Under the pieces are notes generated by a model, which saw only the letters and a program-made list of their open reading frames with translations, was not told the DNA's origin and searched no databases. From Chitinophaga pinensis (lineage in GTDB: Bacteria; Bacteroidota; Bacteroidia; NS11-12g; UBA9320), in NCBI GenBank assembly GCA_945878925.1, contig CAMDXE010000001.1, forward strand, positions 1 through 55,686: DNA of 55,686 nucleotides, in the 5' to 3' direction. This document shows positions 29,640 through 37,285 of the stretch, piece by piece. The position numbers were made by a program, and so were the translations under genes. Numbering within the stretch: position 1 is the stretch's first letter; every line of letters begins with the position of its first letter.

Positions 29640-31949
29640 CTAAGCTACTTTTTGTTGATATAAATGTTTCTGAAATTCTATAAACAACGAACTAATGTTT
29701 GCAACATCACCTAATATGTCTTTTGCGTCTTCTAACGATTGATATTTATTTATCAGCAAGATTGGTAATTTATCTTGGTCAAGTTCTTCCACACCAGTTT
29801 CAATGTATTTGCTGAGTATAAATTCGATGAATTCTTTTTGATTGCTATCTAACAAAGCAAAGATTCTATTTTGAGCAATTGCTACTCGGTGTTCTCTAGT
29901 AATTGGGGCAACAGAGAAAGATAGATATTCCAATACATCGAATAGATCACTTTTTTCACAATCCACTACTTTTTGCAATTGGGCAAGCTCCTCTTTGCCG
30001 AATCCGGCCGCTTCCATTTTGTCGAGCAATGCTTTTCGGGTATTTGGTACCGACCAAATTTTTCGAAGTTCTTCTTCATTTTTAAAAAATTCAGGGATCG
30101 ATCCGTATAAATTAGTTAGAAATTCTTGTGTGGTAATGGGTGTTCCATCGGCACTGAAAAATGAAGTTTGAACAGAATGTGTAATCTGATGTTCTTTCCC
30201 GTTCCGCAATTTTATCTTCAGTTTTACTTTTGGTTCATAAGGTACATCAATATCTATTACTATACGATCATCCAATTCTGGCTTTGGTTTATTGGTTTCA
30301 GTTACAGGTTCTTCCGGCTCACCATCCCATTCGGGGTCGTTAAAATGGTGGTAGGCGTTCACAAAATCATATATCGTAAAGAAGTCTTTGCCATCAAAGA
30401 GGCGTGTGCCTCGCCCAACAATCTGCTTAAACTCAATCATTGAGTTTACTGGCCGCATTAATATAATGTTCCTGATATTTCGGGCATCAACCCCTGTTGA
30501 AAGCTTTTGCGATGTTGTTAAAATTGTCGGGATCGTTTTTTCGTTATCCTGAAACTCACGCAAATATTGCTCTCCACGCTCACCGTCATTAGCTGTTACA
30601 CGTACACAATAGTTTGTATCCTTACTTTGTTTGTATTGATTTATCAAATCTCTTACTGCTGCAGCGTGATCTTGCGTTGCACAGAAAACGATGGTCTTCT
30701 CTTTTTGGTTAATTAAATCCATAAAGATATTAACCCGTTTAGCTTCACGTTCTTTAATCTCTATTATTTTATTGAAATCGGCTTCTTTGTATGTTTTGCC
30801 TTCTTCAATAGCGCCCTCCATAATGTTATCGTCCGATTTATAGGTGTACTCATCCAACGAAGTTGTTACTCGTTTTACTTTAAACGGAGTAAGGAAACCA
30901 TCGTTAATCCCATCCTTAAGAGAATAAGAATATACAGGATCACCAAAATATTTATAGGTGTCCACATTTTCATTGCGTTTGGGAGTGGCAGTTAACCCAA
31001 TTTGAACTGCTGGAGAAAAGTATTCGAGAATGCCTCTCCATGTACTTTCATTATTTGCGCCACCACGGTGACACTCATCAATGATAATGAAATCAAAATA
31101 ATCTTTAGGATATGAACCGAAGTAGGGCGTGTCGTTCGGACCGCTCATAAACGTTTGAAAAATAGTAAAGAAGATACTTCCGTTTGTTGGAACTACACCT
31201 TTTTTCTTTATCTCTTTTGGACTAATACGCACAAGCGCATCTTCTGGGAAAGCAGAAAATGCGTTATATGCCTGGTCTGCCAGAATGTTTCTATCAGCTA
31301 AAAACAAGATGCGAGGTCGGCGAGATGCTTCGTAACTTGTATTCCAGCGAGTTTGAAAAAGTTTCCAGGCTATTTGAAAGGCGATGAATGTTTTTCCGGT
31401 GCCGGTAGCAAGAGTAAGTAAAATGCGATTTTGTTTACTAGAGATGGCATCCATTGTTTTTTCAACGGCTGTTTCCTGATAAAACCGTGTGCCTTTTGAA
31501 CCACCAACATCTTCATATGGTAAAATGGAAAACTTATTTTGCCAATCGTTTTTTACCGGAAAAGTAATCTTCCATAATTCGTCTGGTGTGTGAAAATTTT
31601 CTGCCGAAGATTCGGCAGCAGTTTCCATATTGATATAATAAATCTCTTTTCCGTTTGCAGCATAAGCATTCTCGATTTTTAATTTCTCGGCATAGTCCTT
31701 TGCTTGTTGTACACCTTCACCAACCACGCACGCATCGCTCTTTGCTTCAACTATAGCTAATTTCCGACCTTTATATGCCAATACATAATCAGCAAACTTT
31801 GGATTTTTGCGTTTGCCTCCCACTTGTATTTTGCCTGGTGCAATTGGATATTCGCGATGTACCTTTACATCGGCATTTGCCTTAGCATCCCAGCCGTTTT
31901 CTTTTAGCTTGGGGTCAATAAGTTCAGCTCTTGTTTCTGCTTCGTTCAT
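29640..31949 (-). CDS. hsdR: Type I restriction enzyme R subunit (EcoEI_R_C-type C-terminal domain)
   Basis: N-terminal MNEAETRAELIDPKLKENGW with D...VEAK nuclease motif, LATGTGKT Walker A, IIIDECHR, QIVGRGTR, and a C-terminal helical EcoEI-R-like domain. Confidence 0.92.
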   Translation of the reverse strand: MNEAETRAELIDPKLKENGWDAKANADVKVHREYPIAPGKIQVGGKRKNPKFADYVLAYKGRKLAIVEAKSDACVVGEGVQQAKDYAEKLKIENAYAANGKEIYYINMETAAESSAENFHTPDELWKITFPVKNDWQNKFSILPYEDVGGSKGTRFYQETAVEKTMDAISSKQNRILLTLATGTGKTFIAFQIAWKLFQTRWNTSYEASRRPRILFLADRNILADQAYNAFSAFPEDALVRISPKEIKKKGVVPTNGSIFFTIFQTFMSGPNDTPYFGSYPKDYFDFIIIDECHRGGANNESTWRGILEYFSPAVQIGLTATPKRNENVDTYKYFGDPVYSYSLKDGINDGFLTPFKVKRVTTSLDEYTYKSDDNIMEGAIEEGKTYKEADFNKIIEIKEREAKRVNIFMDLINQKEKTIVFCATQDHAAAVRDLINQYKQSKDTNYCVRVTANDGERGEQYLREFQDNEKTIPTILTTSQKLSTGVDARNIRNIILMRPVNSMIEFKQIVGRGTRLFDGKDFFTIYDFVNAYHHFNDPEWDGEPEEPVTETNKPKPELDDRIVIDIDVPYEPKVKLKIKLRNGKEHQITHSVQTSFFSADGTPITTQEFLTNLYGSIPEFFKNEEELRKIWSVPNTRKALLDKMEAAGFGKEELAQLQKVVDCEKSDLFDVLEYLSFSVAPITREHRVAIAQNRIFALLDSNQKEFIEFILSKYIETGVEELDQDKLPILLINKYQSLEDAKDILGDVANISSLFIEFQKHLYQQKVA

Positions 31950-32836
31950 TGTTCGGTTGGTTTATATTCTTCTGCAATCATCCATTTTTCACGCATGCGA
32001 AAGGCGGGAATGGTTTGCCTTTTGGCTTTATTGGCAGCCACGTTTGGTTTTATGGCTTTTTGCGAAGCCCATATTGAAAGTGGAATTATTTTTTTTGCCG
32101 TAAGTATGGTTATGCGTTTGTGTAATGTTTCTTGCAACAGCAAGGCAAATAACTGGGTAAAACCACCAAATTTCATAGTTGACCGGTAATTGGTAAACAT
32201 GGGATAGTATTCGGTATGCTTGCTTTTGTTTTGAATGATTATAGGCGGTAAACCTGCATTCATTAACTGTAAGTTTATAAGCACTCTCCCTATTCGTCCA
32301 TTACCGTCAACAAAAGGGTGAATGGTTTCAAACTCTGCATGAAAGTGTGCAATGGAATCTAAAAAATAGCTGGTTTTATTTTGGTTGTAATTGTTCACCA
32401 ACTCTTGCATAAGTGTAGGTACAAACTGCGGATTTGCACCCAAGTGATTGCCAACCCGTACCCATTCTTTGCCACTGCGAAAACGACCAGCAATGTTGTC
32501 GTCAATGTGGGTGAGCAAGGTTTTATGCAAACTTAAAATGAGTTTGATGTTAAATTTGGATTTGTTTTTTTCTAATTCGGTTTCGGTGAGTTTTGCCAAG
32601 TTTTTGGCTTCGTACACCTCACGTACATTTACTTTTCGCTCTAAACTGCTACCCGAAAGAATTTTTTCGGTGTCTTCTAAGGTAAGTGTTGAGTTTTCGA
32701 TAGCGTTGGAGTTGTAAACCATTTCAGGAATTTCGGCTAGGGCTATTTCTTTCAGCAAAGGCTCATTGCCCGTTGCCAAGTATATGTATTGCTGGTGCAA
32801 TGCCGCAATTTTATCTTTTGTGGTTTGGTTTATCAT
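31946..32836 (-). CDS. Fic-family protein (class II, N-terminal inhibitory motif) embedded in the hsd operon
   Basis: Has the canonical Fic motif HPFVDGNGRIGR and the inhibitory-helix motif SNAIEN, matching (S/T)xxxE(G/N). Its stop overlaps the hsdR ATG (ATGA, 31946-31949). Confidence 0.9.
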   Translation of the reverse strand: MINQTTKDKIAALHQQYIYLATGNEPLLKEIALAEIPEMVYNSNAIENSTLTLEDTEKILSGSSLERKVNVREVYEAKNLAKLTETELEKNKSKFNIKLILSLHKTLLTHIDDNIAGRFRSGKEWVRVGNHLGANPQFVPTLMQELVNNYNQNKTSYFLDSIAHFHAEFETIHPFVDGNGRIGRVLINLQLMNAGLPPIIIQNKSKHTEYYPMFTNYRSTMKFGGFTQLFALLLQETLHKRITILTAKKIIPLSIWASQKAIKPNVAANKAKRQTIPAFRMREKWMIAEEYKPTEQ

Positions 32837-32884
32837 TTTATGCTTTTATATTTACCGTGAAAACATATGTAAAAATACGTATTT

Positions 32885-34125
32885 TCACGATAAATTACTA
32901 GTTGCTGTTTTTGCCACGGCAGGCTCTCTACAAGTTAATTGCCCGCTAAACGCTTTTTGCAAAACGGATTTTTTGAGTTCTTCCAAATCATTTATTTTTT
33001 GCTGATATATGGCTTCTAATTTTTGGGTTTCGGTTAAAAGTGCTTCCAAATTTTGAACAATGGTTTGTTGTTCTTTTAACGGTGAAAGATTGTAAATTTT
33101 AAAAGCCCTAATATCTTTCATATTGATATGCTCAACTGTCGCACCTGTTGAATGTGATAATAATTGCTCTTGCACATCCTTTGAAAGAATTAAATGGGCT
33201 AAGAATTTTGATATTAGTTTATTCTTTTTAGGTCTAATCAATACTGTTCTTTGTCCTAAGCAAACTTTTACATTTTCTGGTATTACAGCAATGTTACCTG
33301 CTGGTGCTTCCCTCGCTAAAATCAAATCATCTCCTTGCGGAATTGCACGTCTTGTCCATTCATTATATGTCTTTTCTGAAACTCTATTAACACCTTCTAA
33401 AATCAAAACACCTTTTCCAATATTAGGCGTCCGTATTGATGGATAGCCTGTTTCTTGTGTGGGTGCAGTTTTATGTTCACAATCAACAATAAGTTCGCAA
33501 AGGCTGTCTAAAGTTTCAAATTTTGAACCGTGCAATTTGTTCTCAAAAACTGCTTTCAAATAACTTTCAAAAAGTTCCTTGGCGTTTTTGAGATTTTGTT
33601 CGGCATTGGCTTTTGCCTTGGCTATGGCGGCAAAGGTTTCATCTAATATGGCTACTATGCGTTGTTGCTCGGGAAGAGATGGAAGGGGGATTTCAATATC
33701 CTTCAATCTGCTAATTGGGATGAAGTCAATTGTTGCTTTTCCACTTAAATTTGATAATGTATCTTTTAAGGTAGAACTGAAATACAAAAGGAACATTGGA
33801 TACATTCCTTTTTGCTTTTTATGACCAATCCATTGAACTGCTGATTTGTTGTCAACTCAATTTCAGTAATTGCATACTCTCCAATAGATGCAGTGCAACA
33901 AAGAAGTATAGCATCTACTGGTAAAACTCTTAGTTTTTTAAGTGCTGCTTGTGTAACTTTTTGTTTTGTATCGCTAATAATTCTTCCCTGTTCTCTAATA
34001 TCATCAATAGTAAACCAAGGGAAATCCCCTCCTTCCCAAAAATCTTTGTTTGTTCTTAATGGCGTTGAGCCATTAACTATATCACAAACGTCTCCCAACT
34101 TTTTTATTTCCCAACCTTGTTTCAT
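32885..34125 (-). pseudogene. hsdS: Type I R-M specificity subunit, split by a frameshift into 119-aa and 306-aa ORFs
   Basis: ORF 33766-34125 starts MKQGWEIKKLGDVCDIVNGSTP (HsdS TRD1). ORF 32885-33805 carries YPMFLLYF, the central LPSLPEQQRIVAILDE repeat, TRD2 and the distal PLKEQQTIVQNLEALL repeat. The frames switch within the T5GCT5 tract at 33809-33820. Confidence 0.8.
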
Positions 34126-34177
34126 ATAAGTTCCAAAATAGAGTTTAAAATATTTGTTACCGAGTTTTTATCCATTT
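34126..34177 (-). pseudogene. Remnant of an hsdM 3' end (about 17 codons) fused by ATGA to the hsdS start
   Basis: The minus-strand translation KMDKNSVTNILNSILELI* parallels the C-terminus of the intact HsdM (KALDKESAGILNSILELI*). The DNA CATATAAGTTCCAAAATAGAGTTTAAAAT matches CATATCAATTCCAAAATTGAGTTTAAAAT at 35010-35038. Confidence 0.7.
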
Positions 34178-34179
34178 TA

Positions 34180-34203
34180 GTCAGAATTAGGATTTTTAAG
34201 ATT
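34180..34203. repeat. Left inverted-repeat arm of the GxxExxY cassette
   Basis: See the cassette entry. Matches the right arm at 23/24 positions. Confidence 0.85.
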
Positions 34204-34219
34204 TGTTGATTTTAGGATT

Positions 34220-34615
34220 TTATTTGACATAATCTTTGTTTTCAGGATGATTGATGTTGTATACTCTTTTAAATTCTAAACTTTTTGCACCAAAATTTAT
34301 CAGCAATCCAATGGGCAGGTTATAGGCTTGGCAATAATTCATTGCCTGTGCCAAATGCACATCTTCCAATTTTGTCAAGGCCTTTAGTTCAACCATTATA
34401 TTTTCTTCTACAAAAAAATCAACCCTGCGTGTACCAATGTCTATGCCTTCATAGCATATAGTCATTTCCATTTCTCGCTGAAACCCCAAATCTTGTTTTT
34501 GCATTTCAATGGCCAATGCCCTTTGGTAAATGACTTCCTGAAAGCCATTGCCTAAAGTGCCGTGTACTTTCATTGCACAGCCAATAATTTTATGCGTTAT
34601 TTCTTCGTATTTCAT
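34220..34615 (-). CDS. GxxExxY family protein (PD-(D/E)XK-like)
   Basis: 131 aa, with HKIIGCAMKVHGTLGNGFQEVIYQRALAIEM (G-F-Q-E-V-I-Y is the GxxExxY motif), VDFFVE and MVELKA. Confidence 0.85.
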   Translation of the reverse strand: MKYEEITHKIIGCAMKVHGTLGNGFQEVIYQRALAIEMQKQDLGFQREMEMTICYEGIDIGTRRVDFFVEENIMVELKALTKLEDVHLAQAMNYCQAYNLPIGLLINFGAKSLEFKRVYNINHPENKDYVK

Positions 34616-34644
34616 TCTCTTTCTTTTTAATCCTATTATCTATT

Positions 34645-34668
34645 AATCTTAAAAATCCTAATTCAGAC
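34645..34668. repeat. Right inverted-repeat arm of the GxxExxY cassette
   Basis: See the cassette entry. Matches the left arm at 23/24 positions. Confidence 0.85.
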
Positions 34669-34800
34669 GTGGTTTGCCCATATTCTAAACTATGTGCCTT
34701 GTTTTGATTTTACACGGTACCCTAATGAGATGATTACATCGAGGTTGTAGAATTCCACTTGGCGTTCAACCCTTCTGCCACCTTCATTTTGAACCGGTCG
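34669..34800 (-). pseudogene. RhuM-family (virulence RhuM-like) gene fragment with an in-frame stop, truncated at the cassette IR
   Basis: An alternative minus-strand frame reads RPVQNEGGRRVERQVEFYNLDVIISLGYRVKSKQGT*FRIWANH. This matches the RhuM hallmark YNLDVIISVGYRVKSxxGTxFRxWA. The frame ends exactly where the IR begins (34668). Confidence 0.6.
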
Positions 34801-35012
34801 CAATTTGCGACCAGTTCATTTGTTTCAAGGTCATTTAATTGAAATCGAAATACTTCAAGGAAACGATCAATGTTTCTTTTTACTTGCTCATTTAATCTTT
34901 TTACTTCCACCTTATACATTTCAGCTAAATCACGGTCAATCATCACCTGCATTTCTCTTATAGTAAAAATGTGGTTTTCGATAGTTGAAAGTGTTAGTTG
35001 ATTTTTGCTCAT
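34734..35012 (-). CDS. ORF6N-domain protein, truncated (92 aa)
   Basis: IFTIREMQVMIDRDLAEMYKVEVKRLNEQVKRNIDRF..FRFQL is the ORF6N signature. It lacks the usual C-terminal half. The start overlaps the hsdM stop (ATGA at 35009-35012). Confidence 0.7.
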   Translation of the reverse strand: MSKNQLTLSTIENHIFTIREMQVMIDRDLAEMYKVEVKRLNEQVKRNIDRFLEVFRFQLNDLETNELVANCDRFKMKVAEGLNAKWNSTTSM

Positions 35013-36463
35013 ATCAATTCCAAAATTGAGTTTAAAATGCCCGCACTTTCTTTATCTAGAGCTTTCATTTCTTCTAATATCTCCTGCGGTTGGCGTAAGG
35101 CAACTTCTGCTTTTTTATTAGGGTTTTTAGCACTTAGGTCAAAGGTTGTTTGGTCAATGTCTTTTACATATATGCTCCAAGAGTTTTCACTTTCTCCTTT
35201 TGTTTGTTGTAGTAATACAAATTCAGCCAAATCTTTTTCGTTCAGGGCATTGGTCTTGCCAAGGTTTCTATCCAAGTTCAGTTGGTAAAACCAAACTTTT
35301 TTGGTGCTGCTGCCTTTTTCAAAAAACAACACTACCGTTTTTACGCCTGCACCTGTAAATGTTCCGCCTGGCAAATCCAATACGGTATGCAGGTTGCAAT
35401 TTTCCAACAGCAACTTTCGCAAACTCACAGAGGCATTGTCGGTATTGCTCAAAAAAGTATTCTTAATTACAACACCTGCTTTGCCGCCTGCTTTTAGTAT
35501 TTTAATAAAGTGCTGCAAAAACAAAGAGGCCGTTTCGCCAGTTTTTATAGGGAAGTTTTGTTGCACCTCTGCACGTTCTTTTCCGCCAAATGGAGGATTA
35601 GCCAACACTATATCGTAACGGTCTTTTTCCTGTATGTCGGCAAGGTTTTCGGCAAGGGTATTGGTATGCACAATGTTTGGTGCCTCTATACCATGAAAAA
35701 TCATATTCATTGTGCCAATAATGTAAGCCAATGATTTTTTCTCTTTTCCGTAAAAAGTTTTTTTCTGCAAGGTGGTAACATCGGCGGTGGTAAGTTTTTT
35801 GCTGTGTTTTAAATATTCAAAGGCTTCTACCAAGAAACCCGCTGAACCTACTGCACCGTCATAAATTTTTTGTCCTATTTCGGGGGCTACCACTTTTACT
35901 ATGGTTTTAATCAAAGGTCGTGGCGTGTAATATTCCCCACCATTACGCCCAGCGTTACCCATATTTTTTATCTTGTCCTCATATAGGTGGCTCATTTCGT
36001 GCTTTTCAGCGTGGGTTCTAAAACGCAGTTCGTCAATGCGGTTAATTACCTCTCGTAAATTGTAGCCGCTTTGTATGCGGTTTTTTAGTTCACTAAAAAT
36101 CTCACCTATTTTATATTCAATGGTATCTGCACTTTCGGCATCGGCTTTAAATTTTTTGAGGTATGGGAACAATTTAATGTTCACAAAATCGGCAAGGTCA
36201 TCGCCAGTTAATGCTTTGTGGTGGTCAAGTTTGCCATCTTTGTCTTTGGGCGTTGCCCAAATCGTCCACTGAAATTCTTTTGCAATAATGTTGGTATAAG
36301 TCTTACCACTTAGTTCGGCTGCTGTGGCTTTGTCTTTCTCCAAGTCGTCCAAATATTTAAGGAACAAAACCCAAGAAGTCTGCTCTACATAATCCAATTC
36401 ACTTCCGCAACCTGCGTCCTTATGAAGTATGTCGTCTATATTTTTAAAGGTTTGTTCAAACAT
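35009..36463 (-). CDS. hsdM: Type I R-M DNA methyltransferase subunit
   Basis: Has an HsdM_N-like N-terminus (LFLKYLDD), motif I DGAVGSAGFL and motif IV LANPPFGGKE. Confidence 0.92.
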   Translation of the reverse strand: MFEQTFKNIDDILHKDAGCGSELDYVEQTSWVLFLKYLDDLEKDKATAAELSGKTYTNIIAKEFQWTIWATPKDKDGKLDHHKALTGDDLADFVNIKLFPYLKKFKADAESADTIEYKIGEIFSELKNRIQSGYNLREVINRIDELRFRTHAEKHEMSHLYEDKIKNMGNAGRNGGEYYTPRPLIKTIVKVVAPEIGQKIYDGAVGSAGFLVEAFEYLKHSKKLTTADVTTLQKKTFYGKEKKSLAYIIGTMNMIFHGIEAPNIVHTNTLAENLADIQEKDRYDIVLANPPFGGKERAEVQQNFPIKTGETASLFLQHFIKILKAGGKAGVVIKNTFLSNTDNASVSLRKLLLENCNLHTVLDLPGGTFTGAGVKTVVLFFEKGSSTKKVWFYQLNLDRNLGKTNALNEKDLAEFVLLQQTKGESENSWSIYVKDIDQTTFDLSAKNPNKKAEVALRQPQEILEEMKALDKESAGILNSILELI

Positions 36464-36778
36464 TATATATTCTCTTTTTTAAGTCGCTAAGTTATGTTTT
36501 TAAGTTCTGTTACATTCATATCTACTCTCAAATTATCACCAGTCCATTTGTTGGGTGGTAGATGGGTTTTGGGTGTTCCGATAGCTAACGTGAGGCAAAA
36601 TTAAATGTGCTGCAAAAGCGTTGGTTTACTCACTATACTTATTGTTTTTAATGGAGTTCGTGAATGATTCGAATTTGTGTGTTGGCTTGAATCTCTTTTT
36701 GTTTTGCTGAAGTGTTGGCTGTCTTTTCATCTTTATCTGCCTATCTAATGTTTGCGCAGTCGTCTTTTAGAATTGCTC

Positions 36779-37285
36779 TTATTTAAAAAATTTAAGCACC
36801 CAACTTTGGCCGGCTTCTTTCATAAATTCGGATCGAAATTTTCCTAATTGCGTGAGCGTAGTGTCGAAAATTAAGGTAGATTTAAGAATTTCGCCATCGG
36901 CTATTTTTTTTGGCAAATCCGAAAGGGCACTTAATTTTTGAACTTCACGATCCATATAAATCAGCGACAACCTGTTAAATAAATTCAAAGAATAGGAGGT
37001 TTCTATTGATTTAATAAAATGTATGGACTTGTCGATGCTGCATCCGCTAGCATTGGCCTGCGTTTCGTCAACAGCCAAAATAATAAAACGATTATTCATT
37101 ACGGTACCACTTGCTTTGAGAGCCTGGTTGTGAGCGGTCCAATCTTTGGTAAACGCAAAAATTAGGGTATTAATAGACTCGATTTCCGATGGCTTCAGAA
37201 CGCGCTCGGCAGTATAAATCCAAATTTTTGAATTGGGGTGAAAATCCTTAAAGAGCTCGGATTGTATGGTTTCGGTAGCATACAT
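36779..37285 (-). CDS. Conserved Bacteroidota hypothetical protein (family often mis-annotated as ABC transporter ATPase)
   Basis: The WIYTAERVL...FTKDWTAHNQALKASG...RFIILAVDE...ASGCSIDKS pattern is one I recognise from flavobacterial homologs. No Walker motifs are present. Confidence 0.5.
   Translation of the reverse strand: MYATETIQSELFKDFHPNSKIWIYTAERVLKPSEIESINTLIFAFTKDWTAHNQALKASGTVMNNRFIILAVDETQANASGCSIDKSIHFIKSIETSYSLNLFNRLSLIYMDREVQKLSALSDLPKKIADGEILKSTLIFDTTLTQLGKFRSEFMKEAGQSWVLKFFK

Larger units (their letters stand above)
34180..34668. mobile_element. Inverted-repeat-bounded 489-bp cassette carrying the GxxExxY gene (MITE-like / palindromic element with ORF in the loop)
   Basis: The left arm is GTCAGAATTAGGATTTTTAAGATT (34180-34203). 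The reverse complement of 34645-34668 is GTCTGAATTAGGATTTTTAAGATT, a 23/24 match. Weaker GATT-periodic similarity extends about 20 bp inward. Confidence 0.5.
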
